Part shown: in pieces, positions 1-9,238 of the stretch
Position numbering within the stretch: position 1 is the first letter of the stretch
How the letters are laid out: the number at the start of each line of letters is the position of its first letter
IMG/VR virus record: IMGVR_UViG_3300001336_000002
Span: 37,744 to 101,743 of that record
Length of the DNA stretch: 64,000 bases
Source of the DNA: a virus
Reading direction: 5' to 3' (one strand)
The notes under the pieces: generated by a model
The model's input: the letters and a program-made list of their open reading frames with translations, nothing else
Told to the model about the DNA's origin: nothing
Database searches by the model: none
Position numbers and translations under genes: made by a program

Positions 1-143
1 GGGGCGGTGGAGCCAAAGAATCTTGGCTACATAGAAGAAAAACTTCTTGATACCGCCCTTTGGTTTTATATGTTAGAGAAAACCATTGACTTAGTAGTAG
101 TCCGTGACGGTAAAATAGTAAAAACACTATCATAGGAGCAACA

Positions 144-632
144 ATGCAGGTATTTTTGCCAGAGAAAGATTTTTATGCCGCCGCTGCGGTGCTGGACCAA
201 AAAAGACTCGTGAAGCAACTATTAGAAGGACGCCAGATTATGACAATTCTAGTAGGAGAAAATAAAACTAAGGCTTGGACTAATCATCCTGCCGTTCGTA
301 TGTTTAAAGGCCATCACTCAGCACTCTATTCATATCTTTCATCCGTTCGTGACGAGATGGAAGTTCGCGGGTACAAGTGGGAAAAAAACTGGGCAGAAAT
401 ATCTAGAATGATGTCTAGCAATCCACAAAGTTTTTCCCTTCCGCGCTGGATGCAAGATGAGTACACTCTCAATAGTGTTATCACAACTCATAGGGGCAGA
501 CTGTATGAAAAGGCTCCAGACTTATACCCACAGTATGAACCAGAATTTAATGTATATAGACAATATGTATGTTGTGAGCGATGCACATACCATTGGCCAG
601 TACACCGACTTATTTGGAACGAGGAACTATGA
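144..632 (+). CDS. Pyrimidine-dimer DNA glycosylase / endonuclease V (DenV/MSMEG_6728-like) family protein
   Basis: MQxFLP...LDxKRLxKQxxE..QI...WxNHPAVRM signature; GGAG SD upstream. Confidence 0.75.
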   Translation: MQVFLPEKDFYAAAAVLDQKRLVKQLLEGRQIMTILVGENKTKAWTNHPAVRMFKGHHSALYSYLSSVRDEMEVRGYKWEKNWAEISRMMSSNPQSFSLPRWMQDEYTLNSVITTHRGRLYEKAPDLYPQYEPEFNVYRQYVCCERCTYHWPVHRLIWNEEL

Positions 633-1349
633 ACACGGTAACTTACACATCTAACTCACCCCATAATAATCCAATCGATTTGGATCATCAGAATATTCAA
701 TTAAATACATATAAGCCTACAAAAAAGGCGGGGTATGTAACGGATGAAGACTTCTTTGCAATCTTTAAGAACGCATACATATCTACCTTTGGTAGTAATC
801 ACAACAATCATCCAGAAGACATGTATGTAAACGCATCTGTCGTACTAGAGATCGTATGCAATACTCTGAGTGGTCTGATAGACCTTGATCATAATAGAGA
901 GGCTCATAATGTCAAAGAGATCTGAGGCTATTAAGCATTGTGCTTATGCACTCATGCGAGCATGGCATCCTAGCAAGACAGAAGACTGGTATGAATCAGA
1001 AGAAGGCAAGGACTGGATGGAGATTGCCATGCTAGATGCAGAGGTAGTCATTGATGCCTATGACAGGTACGAGGGTCGTTCATAATCGCGGGGGAAGTTA
1101 GTGAAAGACATCTCCATAACCTATATACCAAGACATATACCTAATAACAATATATCCTCCTATATATTCGATAAGAATACTATCTATCTTAGACAAGACT
1201 TCCTTGACTATGTAGAAGAAGAATTCTTACAGATAATATTGTCTGATGCTGTAGGTTCTTTGGTTCCTGATAGGGTGATAGATGTTGTTTTGGCCTATTC
1301 AGACCAAAGAGATATGGATAAAGATGTGACTGTGGTTTTTTCATACTAA
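629..1349 (+). CDS. Three small hypothetical proteins (629-925, 909-1085, 1101-1349)
   Basis: Overlapping or abutting ORFs co-oriented with the upstream gene; no family recognised. Confidence 0.55.
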
Positions 1350-1352
1350 TGT

Positions 1353-1548
1353 TTATACACAGGTTATCCACAATAGGGTTATTGCATATATATATAAAGC
1401 CGACTTTTCCACATAAAATATAATAAATCCTACTAAAACATAGCAAAATAGGACAAAATCGGACATTTTAGGACAATAATCCCCCGGAAATATAATAGTT
1501 ATCCACAAGTTATCCACAGGATGGGTATATATAAAAAAGTTATCCACA
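1353..1548 (+). promoter_or_regulatory. Cluster of six co-oriented DnaA boxes (origin-like or DnaA-titration locus)
   Basis: TTWTNCACA at 1353, 1364, 1405, 1499, 1510 and 1540 in an AT-rich intergenic region between convergent genes. Confidence 0.75.
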
Positions 1549-1624
1549 AGGGAATACCCAAGGGATATGTTAAAAACAAATAGTATGCTCTGTTAAATAC
1601 TATAGATGTATATAGGTATATAGG

Positions 1625-2134
1625 TTATAGTTTGAGAATATCTACTGGTCCCTGGCAAGTTGGGGAGAAATAAATTGCTGACTGTACAGCCAATTCTATT
1701 CTATCTTCTGTTAATAATGTCTTAGATGTATATAGGGAACCTAAAGCAAAGGGTCCACCACTACCTATAGCAGTTGCTTTTACTTGCGCTACGCTCCAGT
1801 CAGAAGTATTAAATTCAAACAACATTCCATTTGCCCCAATAAGAAAATCTGCAGCATGTTCAGGATCAGCATTGCCATAATCTTCTATAGCAGATTTAAG
1901 ACTAGATGCTATGTCTGTTCTTATTAACCTATATATATCATTATTAGGTATAGGGAGATCGATCATTTCCATTAACTGCCCCGTTCCAAGGGAGGCAGCA
2001 TAACCAAAGATCCATCCATCCTTTACATGGATTTTGGGGCGGGATAAAGAAATCATACTATCTTCATCACTAGCACCTCTATCTGCTCCCATATATACAT
2101 GCTTACCTGTAGATATACCCACAATAACTGTCAT
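1625..2134 (-). CDS. HslV/proteasome-like Ntn threonine protease
   Basis: N-terminal MT-VIVG..MGAD and AIGSGG..ALG motifs typical of phage HslV-like proteins. Confidence 0.75.
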   Translation of the reverse strand: MTVIVGISTGKHVYMGADRGASDEDSMISLSRPKIHVKDGWIFGYAASLGTGQLMEMIDLPIPNNDIYRLIRTDIASSLKSAIEDYGNADPEHAADFLIGANGMLFEFNTSDWSVAQVKATAIGSGGPFALGSLYTSKTLLTEDRIELAVQSAIYFSPTCQGPVDILKL

Positions 2135-2150
2135 GGAGTAATTATATCCT

Positions 2151-2364
2151 AACTTCCAGCGATTTTTTAGGTTCCTTCGTAAAGGTTTTTAATAAATAAT
2201 TAAATCTTAAAACCTCAAAAACTCCCAGCCCATTTTGGGCTCCTTCGTAATACTTTTTTCAAAAATTCTCAGCCCATTTTCCGGTCCTTCGTAAAGGAGT
2301 TTTAATAGAATAGTTTTAAATCCGGTCAAAACTCCCAGCCCATTTTTGAGAGGGATCGTAAAGG
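2151..2364. repeat. Four imperfect ~35-bp direct repeats (AAACTCCCAGCCCATTTT-N-TCGTAAAGG)
   Basis: Copies start near 2151, 2219, 2263 and 2329, separated by A/T tracts. Confidence 0.8.
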
Positions 2365-2639
2365 AGTTTTTATTTAGTTTAAGTTGGACCGGCCCCGCCA
2401 CCCAAACCCGTTGTGTCGCAATGACTTTGTGGGCTTAGTGGCGAAACCTGTTGTCCTGCAGCCTAATCAAACAGCATAGCCAAAAAGATTGCAGGGACAA
2501 TCAGAAGGGACATAAGCCCAATCATCCCAATCATTACCTCTGACTTTCCTGTAGGACGAATAGATGAATCTTGACTCATCCTCTGAACACGACGGGAATG
2601 ATGATATCCTGTAGCCTTGCCAATACCCATAGTGACTCC

Positions 2640-3132
2640 TTAGTTTTTCTGTGAAACAGCAATAGCAGACTGATCTAGCAAGTCATCTAGTGATGAGAAG
2701 TTGCGAGATGAAAGCCCCAGCATATCGCAAACATCGTTATAGCATGAATCTATAGAGGCTTCTCCTTCAGTAGAGGCAGACAGAACGTTGCCGTTGGCAA
2801 CAGATACCGCAAGGGCAAAGGAATCAAAGTGACTGTCAAAAAATGAATACCAAGCCTCGTTGTCAATCATTGTGTTGTATAGATCAGCAAGAATCTCTAC
2901 CTTGTCAATAAGTTCCATCGAATACTCCTAGATCTAGTGTCATCTGCCCTGGCACATTGTCAAAGTGCCCTGAGTTACGATAATACTCTAATCCCTCCTG
3001 AAATGTCAAGATATTGTGAAGGATGCGAGGTCGAGCCTTGGAATGAACGTAGAATGATACGATCTTCCATTCCTCATCGCTCAGTTCCGCATCGTTATAG
3101 ACCTTGATGATTGCGTCTGCTTTCTTCTCCAT
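2640..3132 (-). CDS. Two small hypothetical proteins (2640-2918, 2905-3132)
   Basis: Overlapping ORFs; leaderless start 6 nt after a TAGGAT -10 element. Confidence 0.6.
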
Positions 3133-3284
3133 ACCCGAATCCTATCATAGTTGGGGGACAAATACAAGTGGGGGAGAGGCTGGTAGCGAATCAACCCCTC
3201 CCCCTTCCGATACCTGCACGAACCCTGCGTTAACGAGAGCCGTGTTCTTATCGGCGGTGTCACCATCCTAAGTGACTTGTGTCC

Positions 3285-3620
3285 TTATTTAGATGGTGAC
3301 TCCTTTTGTTTGAGCCAACCGCATGACCATCTACCTCGCTCTACGGTGTCTCTATTGTTGTCTCCTTGTGTACCACCCAAAAGGTGGGCGGGATTGTTAC
3401 AAGATGGATTGTCGCAAGTATGTCTTACGACTTCTGGTAGATATCCATTTGTCTTGTAGAACATGTATCTATGGCTACGCTGTATCTTTGGTCTTTCACA
3501 CCAGAAGAAGCCATATCCATCTTTATCCACTTTCCCTTTCCAAGGCCAACATTCTGTTTCGCCATTCTGTTCTATCTGTGACCAGAACCGCTTTTCTCTT
3601 TTAGTTTCCCAGGTGCCCAT
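3285..3620 (-). CDS. Free-standing HNH homing endonuclease
   Basis: CWPW.G...GYG, HR..F, VRHTCDNPSCNNPAHL..GT..DN motifs. Confidence 0.9.
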   Translation of the reverse strand: MGTWETKREKRFWSQIEQNGETECWPWKGKVDKDGYGFFWCERPKIQRSHRYMFYKTNGYLPEVVRHTCDNPSCNNPAHLLGGTQGDNNRDTVERGRWSCGWLKQKESPSK

Positions 3621-3660
3621 GTATTTATTATATCAGAGTCCTTAGGCATTTCCTTAGGGA

Positions 3661-3813
3661 CTACCGCGCAGCGACGGCGGGAGCCTTGCGGAGACCTGTA
3701 AGATTGACAGAATCAATAAACTTGCCATCCTGATCACGGATAACCACACGCTCCTGAGTGCCATAGCGAGTGTTCCAGGTCTCAAGGTAAGTGTACTTAC
3801 GAACCTTAGCCAT
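3661..3813 (-). CDS. Small basic hypothetical protein (50 aa; not in ORF track)
   Basis: MAKVRKYTYLETWNTRYGTQERVVIRDQDGKF...; AAAGGAGAG SD. Confidence 0.6.
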   Translation of the reverse strand: MAKVRKYTYLETWNTRYGTQERVVIRDQDGKFIDSVNLTGLRKAPAVAAR

Positions 3814-3869
3814 ATTGCTCTCCTTTACTAGTAAGGGTTTTATCTATCTGAATATTCATTCAGAAATCT

Positions 3870-4322
3870 TTAGTTTTCAGACCAGTCAACCTCTACACGA
3901 TCTTCTGAGAATTCTGCATCAACATCATTTTCATAGTATGAAACGCTGAGGCTTGGTTCCAATATGTCTTCCAAGGTATCCATATCAAAGTTCAGGGGAG
4001 CCTTGACAGTACCCGTGAATGTCACGGTAACCTGTACGTCATATTCCTTGCTGATATCAAGATCAAAAATCTCAACCAGGCGTTGGGAAACTTCTTCGTC
4101 CATGTAATCGAAGTTATCCCTGATGTATTCTTCTAACTCATCTACCTTCTCCTGAAGTTTGGTGTACATGTTGGCATAGTTAGAACGACGGGATTCTGCA
4201 ATCTCTAGATCGTTCTTTAGTTGAGCAATCTGTCGCTCCAACTCTTCCGCTGAAGCAATTACGTTGTAAGGATTAGTAGCAACCTCTGCATCTGTGATAT
4301 CTACAAAAGTAGGATCAATCAT
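3870..4322 (-). CDS. Acidic coiled-coil hypothetical protein
   Basis: ORF track; start moved to MIDPTF after a GGAG SD. Confidence 0.65.
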   Translation of the reverse strand: MIDPTFVDITDAEVATNPYNVIASAEELERQIAQLKNDLEIAESRRSNYANMYTKLQEKVDELEEYIRDNFDYMDEEVSQRLVEIFDLDISKEYDVQVTVTFTGTVKAPLNFDMDTLEDILEPSLSVSYYENDVDAEFSEDRVEVDWSEN

Positions 4323-4323
4323 T

Positions 4324-4713
4324 TCAGACTCCAATCTTAGGCTTGGCGTACTTGTTGATGAATTCCTCGCGGGTGAACGAGACAATGCTATCAGTTAGAA
4401 CCCCCGCTTTCCAGTCAAAATCATACAGAGTTACCTCGCGGGTAGCAAAGTCATAGACGGGAACCTTGTGCTCATTGTCTGCAAGGTAGTTGACCGTGAT
4501 ACCCCATCCAAGATCGCCGTTCCAATCCTCGCCAACCAACTGCGAGATGACAATACGAGTCCCATAGGCGGGATCATCAAGGCGTCCAACATTTCGAGCA
4601 TATTCAAGAGCCTTAGCGAACTGGGCAAGCATTCCATATCCTGCCCAATGTCCGTACACGAAGATGGTATTGCCGTCAGTCTGACGCAATCCGAAGTTAG
4701 CGCGATCTCCCAT
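4324..4713 (-). CDS. Phage hypothetical protein (MGDRANF...YGHWAG)
   Basis: GGAGG SD; coherent ORF. Confidence 0.65.
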   Translation of the reverse strand: MGDRANFGLRQTDGNTIFVYGHWAGYGMLAQFAKALEYARNVGRLDDPAYGTRIVISQLVGEDWNGDLGWGITVNYLADNEHKVPVYDFATREVTLYDFDWKAGVLTDSIVSFTREEFINKYAKPKIGV

Positions 4714-4823
4714 TTTATTCCTCCAACGCTAGATAATAGTCTGAATACTCTTTGTCATGTACCGCAAAGTCTATACCTAGTTCCTTGCACAGGTCAAGAC
4801 TTTCTTGAAAGTTTTCCTGGCCC

Positions 4824-7061
4824 TTATACAGGTGAACCATTATAGGCCACCCATTTATGTTCTGAATAATCAAATAAGGAAAGTTGTTCTGGGTCTTCTT
4901 TTAGTCCTTCCTGCCACCGCAGATATCCTGCATAGGATTCGTCTGGCTCTGAGCAGTCCCACCAGACAGCATCCCACAGGCGCAGTTCATCTAGCATATC
5001 CTGAGCCGTGATGATGCGACCATTAGGAAGTTTGTGCTGCAGGGTGAGTGCATCTTCATTGCTGATCTCATATTGCCAGTCCTCGGGAATGTCTGCCCAA
5101 CCTAGGATATATGGATCAGCCTCATCTACAAACTCATCAAAGAATTCCTGCACGGACAACTGAATGTCGGCGGGAATGGGTGGATAAAAGTTATTAGTAA
5201 GGTGCATGGTGATATCGGTCATGAGGTCTCCTCAATCTCTACTGAATCTTGTAAGAAGCCGCCTTCGGTAAGCACGGCATCCTCATGATTATACTCGCCA
5301 CTATAGAATTTTTCCCTAGCCTCATCCATATCAGTAGCCTCTACTTCTAGCGTCCACCAATCTTCTGTTGTGTAACTAATCTGAAACTTAGGCATTAGTC
5401 GAACAACTCCTTTGGTAGAGTATCGTTGGCGGTATCAAAGATGATGCTATAATCCTTAGCAATTTCATCTTCGATATCCCTGCAATACTGAAGTGCTAAC
5501 ATTGGGTTATCGGCCTCTACAACAATGGCTGCTCTGGTAGCGACAAGATACTTAGTCATTACGATACCTCCTGCGAAACGGTGCAGTATAGTGGTGCGTA
5601 ATGGTGCATTACGAGACCTCCTGCGGAATGGGAATAACATCAACTAGCGAGTATAGTGTATTGAGAAGGGTCTGGTCAAGTGCCTCCAGACCTGGCGTAT
5701 CATCGCAAGGGGCAAACCAGCCGTAGCCAGTTTCGGGGGAAGAAGAATCATACTCATAGACATTTCCATCAGGGAAGTAGCCAAAAGTATCAAGTTCTAC
5801 AAACCACTTCTGCATATCAGTATCGAATCCAATAACATAGTGAAACTGCATGGACACTCCTTATCCTGTGTAGGGCTGGGTCCAGTCCCAGGCATAGTTC
5901 TGAAGAATATCTTCTACCCGATCAAGAGCCTCAGACTCATCCTCGGCGTCAATAATAAAACTAACATTCTGAACCTCTACGGTGATATCCATCATTCCTC
6001 CTCATCCAGAGACTCTTCTGTGGTCTCATGAATAATCTGAATCTCTCCAGACCTCATCATGTCATTGAGAATATCCATCTCGTTAGGCTCTGAATCAAAG
6101 TAGACTTCGTAGTCATATGCCGCTTCTTCGCGGGTAGACTCTAGCATGATCGTTCCTGATACACGATAAGTAGGCATCATTCCTCCACAAAGTTGTAGTA
6201 AAGACGGGTGTACCCATTCTCAGTCTCATGGTTGCTATATTGCAACGTACCCTTCACGCCGTCAGACCTGCGCTGAACAATGCAAAGATCATAGAAGAAT
6301 CCTAGAACCTCATATTCCTCTAGCATCTGATCCTTGGTAAGCATATTACTGGCTAGCATGTCATTCCTCCGTCCAATCCAATGCGTGATCGCTAAAAAAT
6401 GCTACTCCGCAATTATATCCATGTCTCCACATAGGAGCAAGGGGTGTCGAAATAAATTCTGGGCAGTTGCTCCACTCCACCTGATCTGGGAATACTTCCT
6501 GCAACTCATCTGGAATATCTCCCAGGTAGCCAATCATGAAGGCCAAAGCAAAGGTCTCGTGCTCATCGCTGGGAATTCTAGGATTGGTGTTCATCTTCAG
6601 CCTCCGTTAGATATAGGCTCTGGTCTTCCACTTCCCAATACAAATTATCGGGGGCGGTACTGTTGAGATAGTCTATTGCATCATAGTAAGTGCCGTCAAG
6701 AGAATCAAGAATGTCAAACATGATATCTTCATCATCTCCTGATGATCTAAACCATTCGATATCTTTGACAAACTGTTCATACATAAGGTCGAAACCTTTA
6801 TCATGAGCAAACTCAATAACGGCTACGGAAAAGTCAAATGCGGACCAATGCGATCCGTCAATGTAGCAACCAGTTTCCACATCAGTTCCAATCTTCGGGG
6901 CGGAATCCGCCATTGGTTAGCCATTCGTCTAATGCTACAAAGTTCTCAGCGAGTTCTCCAATGAACTCATCAACTTCGGCGGCAGACATAAGGTTGATCC
7001 CCACATCCTCCCATGAATAAATCAGTTCTCTGATATTTTTGAGTGCTTCATTAGGGTCCAT
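4824..7061 (-). CDS. Operon of about ten small acidic hypothetical proteins (e.g. 4824-5222, 5609-5857, 5992-6180, 6177-6359, 6361-6594, 6578-6913)
   Basis: Tightly coupled stop/start ORFs downstream of the promoter at 7068-7089. Confidence 0.65.
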
Positions 7062-7220
7062 AACTGCATCCTATATCATGGGTCTGACATTGACAAGAAA
7101 AAATATCCACGGGTTTTTCAAGGCGTTCGTAAGGGTCTTCGTAAAAGAGATTATTTTGTTTTATATGAAAATGCGACCGGCCCCGAAAGTCGTTGCAGCA
7201 CAAGCACTTTCATCAGTAGG

Positions 7221-7293
7221 CGCACCTGATGGGATTTGAACCCACGACCTCTACCGTGACAGGGTAGCGAGCACTCCGCTGCTCCACAAGTGC
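7221..7293 (-). tRNA. tRNA-Asp(GTC)
   Basis: GCACTTG/CAGGTGC acceptor, CTACC-CTGTCAC-GGTAG anticodon arm, GGTTCAAATCC T-arm; CCA not encoded. Confidence 0.92.
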
Positions 7294-7433
7294 GTGCAGG
7301 CAGTTTATCCATACATGCCCAGGTATGTGAGGTCAGGTCCGAAGTACGATCACCCAATCCCCCAGCGCTAGGGGATGATGGGCAGTTTTACATCATGCCC
7401 AGGATGTTAGGGTACTATGACATGTCATCCATG

Positions 7434-8414
7434 TCAGGCAAAGGCGACAGCCTTGACAGCCTTTAGCAGACGATTCTTCTCTGCATTGGTAGCAGCATCG
7501 AAACCGCTAGCAGCAGCGAGGACACCTTCTGCATTACCCCCGCGAGGGTTGCGGAACCAGTCCAGGCGCTCCGTCAGAGTGTTGTACGCACCCCACGCAG
7601 TACCCTTGATGTTGCCAACGGTGTCACCCTGGTAGATGTCAAACAGGGTATCGACCTTGTTTGTCCACTTGGTGACACTACCCTTGACATCCTTGTCAGG
7701 CTCAGGGTAGACAGCCTTGATGATATCGAAGAAGGTATCAGTCGTGATCTCCTTTTCGATCAAGGTCTGCGCCTCCTTCTCAAACTCATCCAGGTAAGCA
7801 TTGGCAAGGCCAAGAGCCTCACGCGCAGCCTGCACCTTGCCAGTAACCGTGGAGGTGTGACGAATCTTGTAGGACTGCTTCACACCATGCAGCGCATAGT
7901 TCAGAGTGTTCTGGCACACAACGCGCACAGGGGTAACGGATGCCTGCACAGCAAGCGAACCATCATGCGAGGTGTGAACCAGCAGATAGGTGTTCACCTT
8001 ATCGGTAGCACCGCTGGGGTCAAGGACTACCTCGCGGTCAAGGGCAAGGGAGCCAAAGACAACCGTGCCATTCTTGATGCTGCCAGCGGTCTCCCAACGG
8101 CCACCGTCAAGCATATTGTCAGCAAACGAGAACAGATCCTCGTTCTGCAGAACCTTGTAACGCTCACCCACAACGCCAAGGACATCGCGGTCACCGTCAA
8201 ACGGATTCTTGCGAGTGACAGCAAAATAGTTCTTGTGTGACCGACCAGGCAGATCAACGTCATCAAGACGAACATTCCAGCCAGCCAGATGAGCGACCTG
8301 AAGCATTTCCGATGTGCTAACCTCGTGGTCAAGGATGGTGCCAAGACCATGCCAAGCGGGTTCGCGCAGGGAAGCGAAGGAAGCCATATCTCCGTACTGC
8401 TCTAGCATGTGCAT
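7434..8414 (-). CDS. DUF932 (phage/plasmid-like TIGR03299) family protein
   Basis: PAWHGLG, Y.VLQN, WETAGS, SHDGS..TPVRVVCQNTL, IRHT and GTAWGAYN motifs. Confidence 0.9.
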   Translation of the reverse strand: MHMLEQYGDMASFASLREPAWHGLGTILDHEVSTSEMLQVAHLAGWNVRLDDVDLPGRSHKNYFAVTRKNPFDGDRDVLGVVGERYKVLQNEDLFSFADNMLDGGRWETAGSIKNGTVVFGSLALDREVVLDPSGATDKVNTYLLVHTSHDGSLAVQASVTPVRVVCQNTLNYALHGVKQSYKIRHTSTVTGKVQAAREALGLANAYLDEFEKEAQTLIEKEITTDTFFDIIKAVYPEPDKDVKGSVTKWTNKVDTLFDIYQGDTVGNIKGTAWGAYNTLTERLDWFRNPRGGNAEGVLAAASGFDAATNAEKNRLLKAVKAVAFA

Positions 8415-8582
8415 ATCATTTCCAATCTGTAGTAACTGATGATGTCATCATCCTATCAAGATGGTCTGACATTGGCAAGAAGAAAACGCAGATTTTCAAA
8501 ATATTTTTTGCAGGGGGTTTGTAACGGGTTCGTAACGATGATCGTAAAAGACTTGACAAAATTAGAATTTCGGGCCGGTCGC

Positions 8583-9222
8583 AAAAAGGTGTCCCCCAGG
8601 GGAGCGGCGGTGGGTGGGGGAGCGCTCAACCCTGAGGGACGTTTAGGGGAGCAGTTTGTCATCATGCTCAGGATGCCATATATGGTTATCAAACCTAGTG
8701 ATTCAGATATTTATTCTATAGAGGGTCAGGGGCTACCTGATTTCAACTATAGACGACTCAACCTGAATGCTATTGTTTGACAGTTTGGGAAGAATAGACG
8801 GACTCCTTTGCGGTTTACCCGCCGCTGATCAGACTTTGGGTAGCGCCCAAGGCGTGTTCTATTCTTCCTAGCCACCTTTAGGGAATCGAACCCTATATTA
8901 CCCAACCAGGGAAGGCAGAGTGCATTACTTTCTAGAATGTTCATGCACCAAGTTTAGGAAGGAGCATTATCTGCATTGCTTTTGCTCCTAAATTCCCAGG
9001 CGACTCCTGATATAGTTGTATAACGTATTAGCAGACCTGGGTGGGGAAGTGAGTCGATGTGGGGGTAGTTATCACAACTACCTGCCTCTTTCCATCTAGT
9101 CTAAAGAAGCGGATCTATTTTATGGGTGCCTGGGCTAATCCGACCCCTACATCCCTCCGCGACTAGATGAGTCCTATTCGGCCCCACGGGTCACATATCC
9201 CCAAGCCACTATTTATTTATGT
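8583..9222 (-). ncRNA. Putative ~640-nt multi-domain structured non-coding RNA or ncRNA cluster
   Basis: Extended -10 TGTTACAAT at 9227-9235, continuous nested stems, tRNA-like minidomain, pseudoknots, GC hairpin plus U-tract at 8583-8640; no credible ORF. Confidence 0.6.
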
Positions 9223-9238
9223 GATTATTGTAACATAT

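Noticed and set aside
2151-2364. CRISPR array
   Set aside because: Repeats are degenerate and irregularly spaced with low-complexity A/T spacers; no cas genes.
8790-8860. Hammerhead ribozyme
   Set aside because: Has CTGATCA instead of CTGATGA and no correctly placed GAAA core.
8860-9190. tmRNA (GGGGCCGAATAGG-like start plus downstream T-arm)
   Set aside because: The sequence after the T-arm (AAGGTGG) does not pair with that 5' end, there is no CCA end, and the T-arm has its own local acceptor stem.
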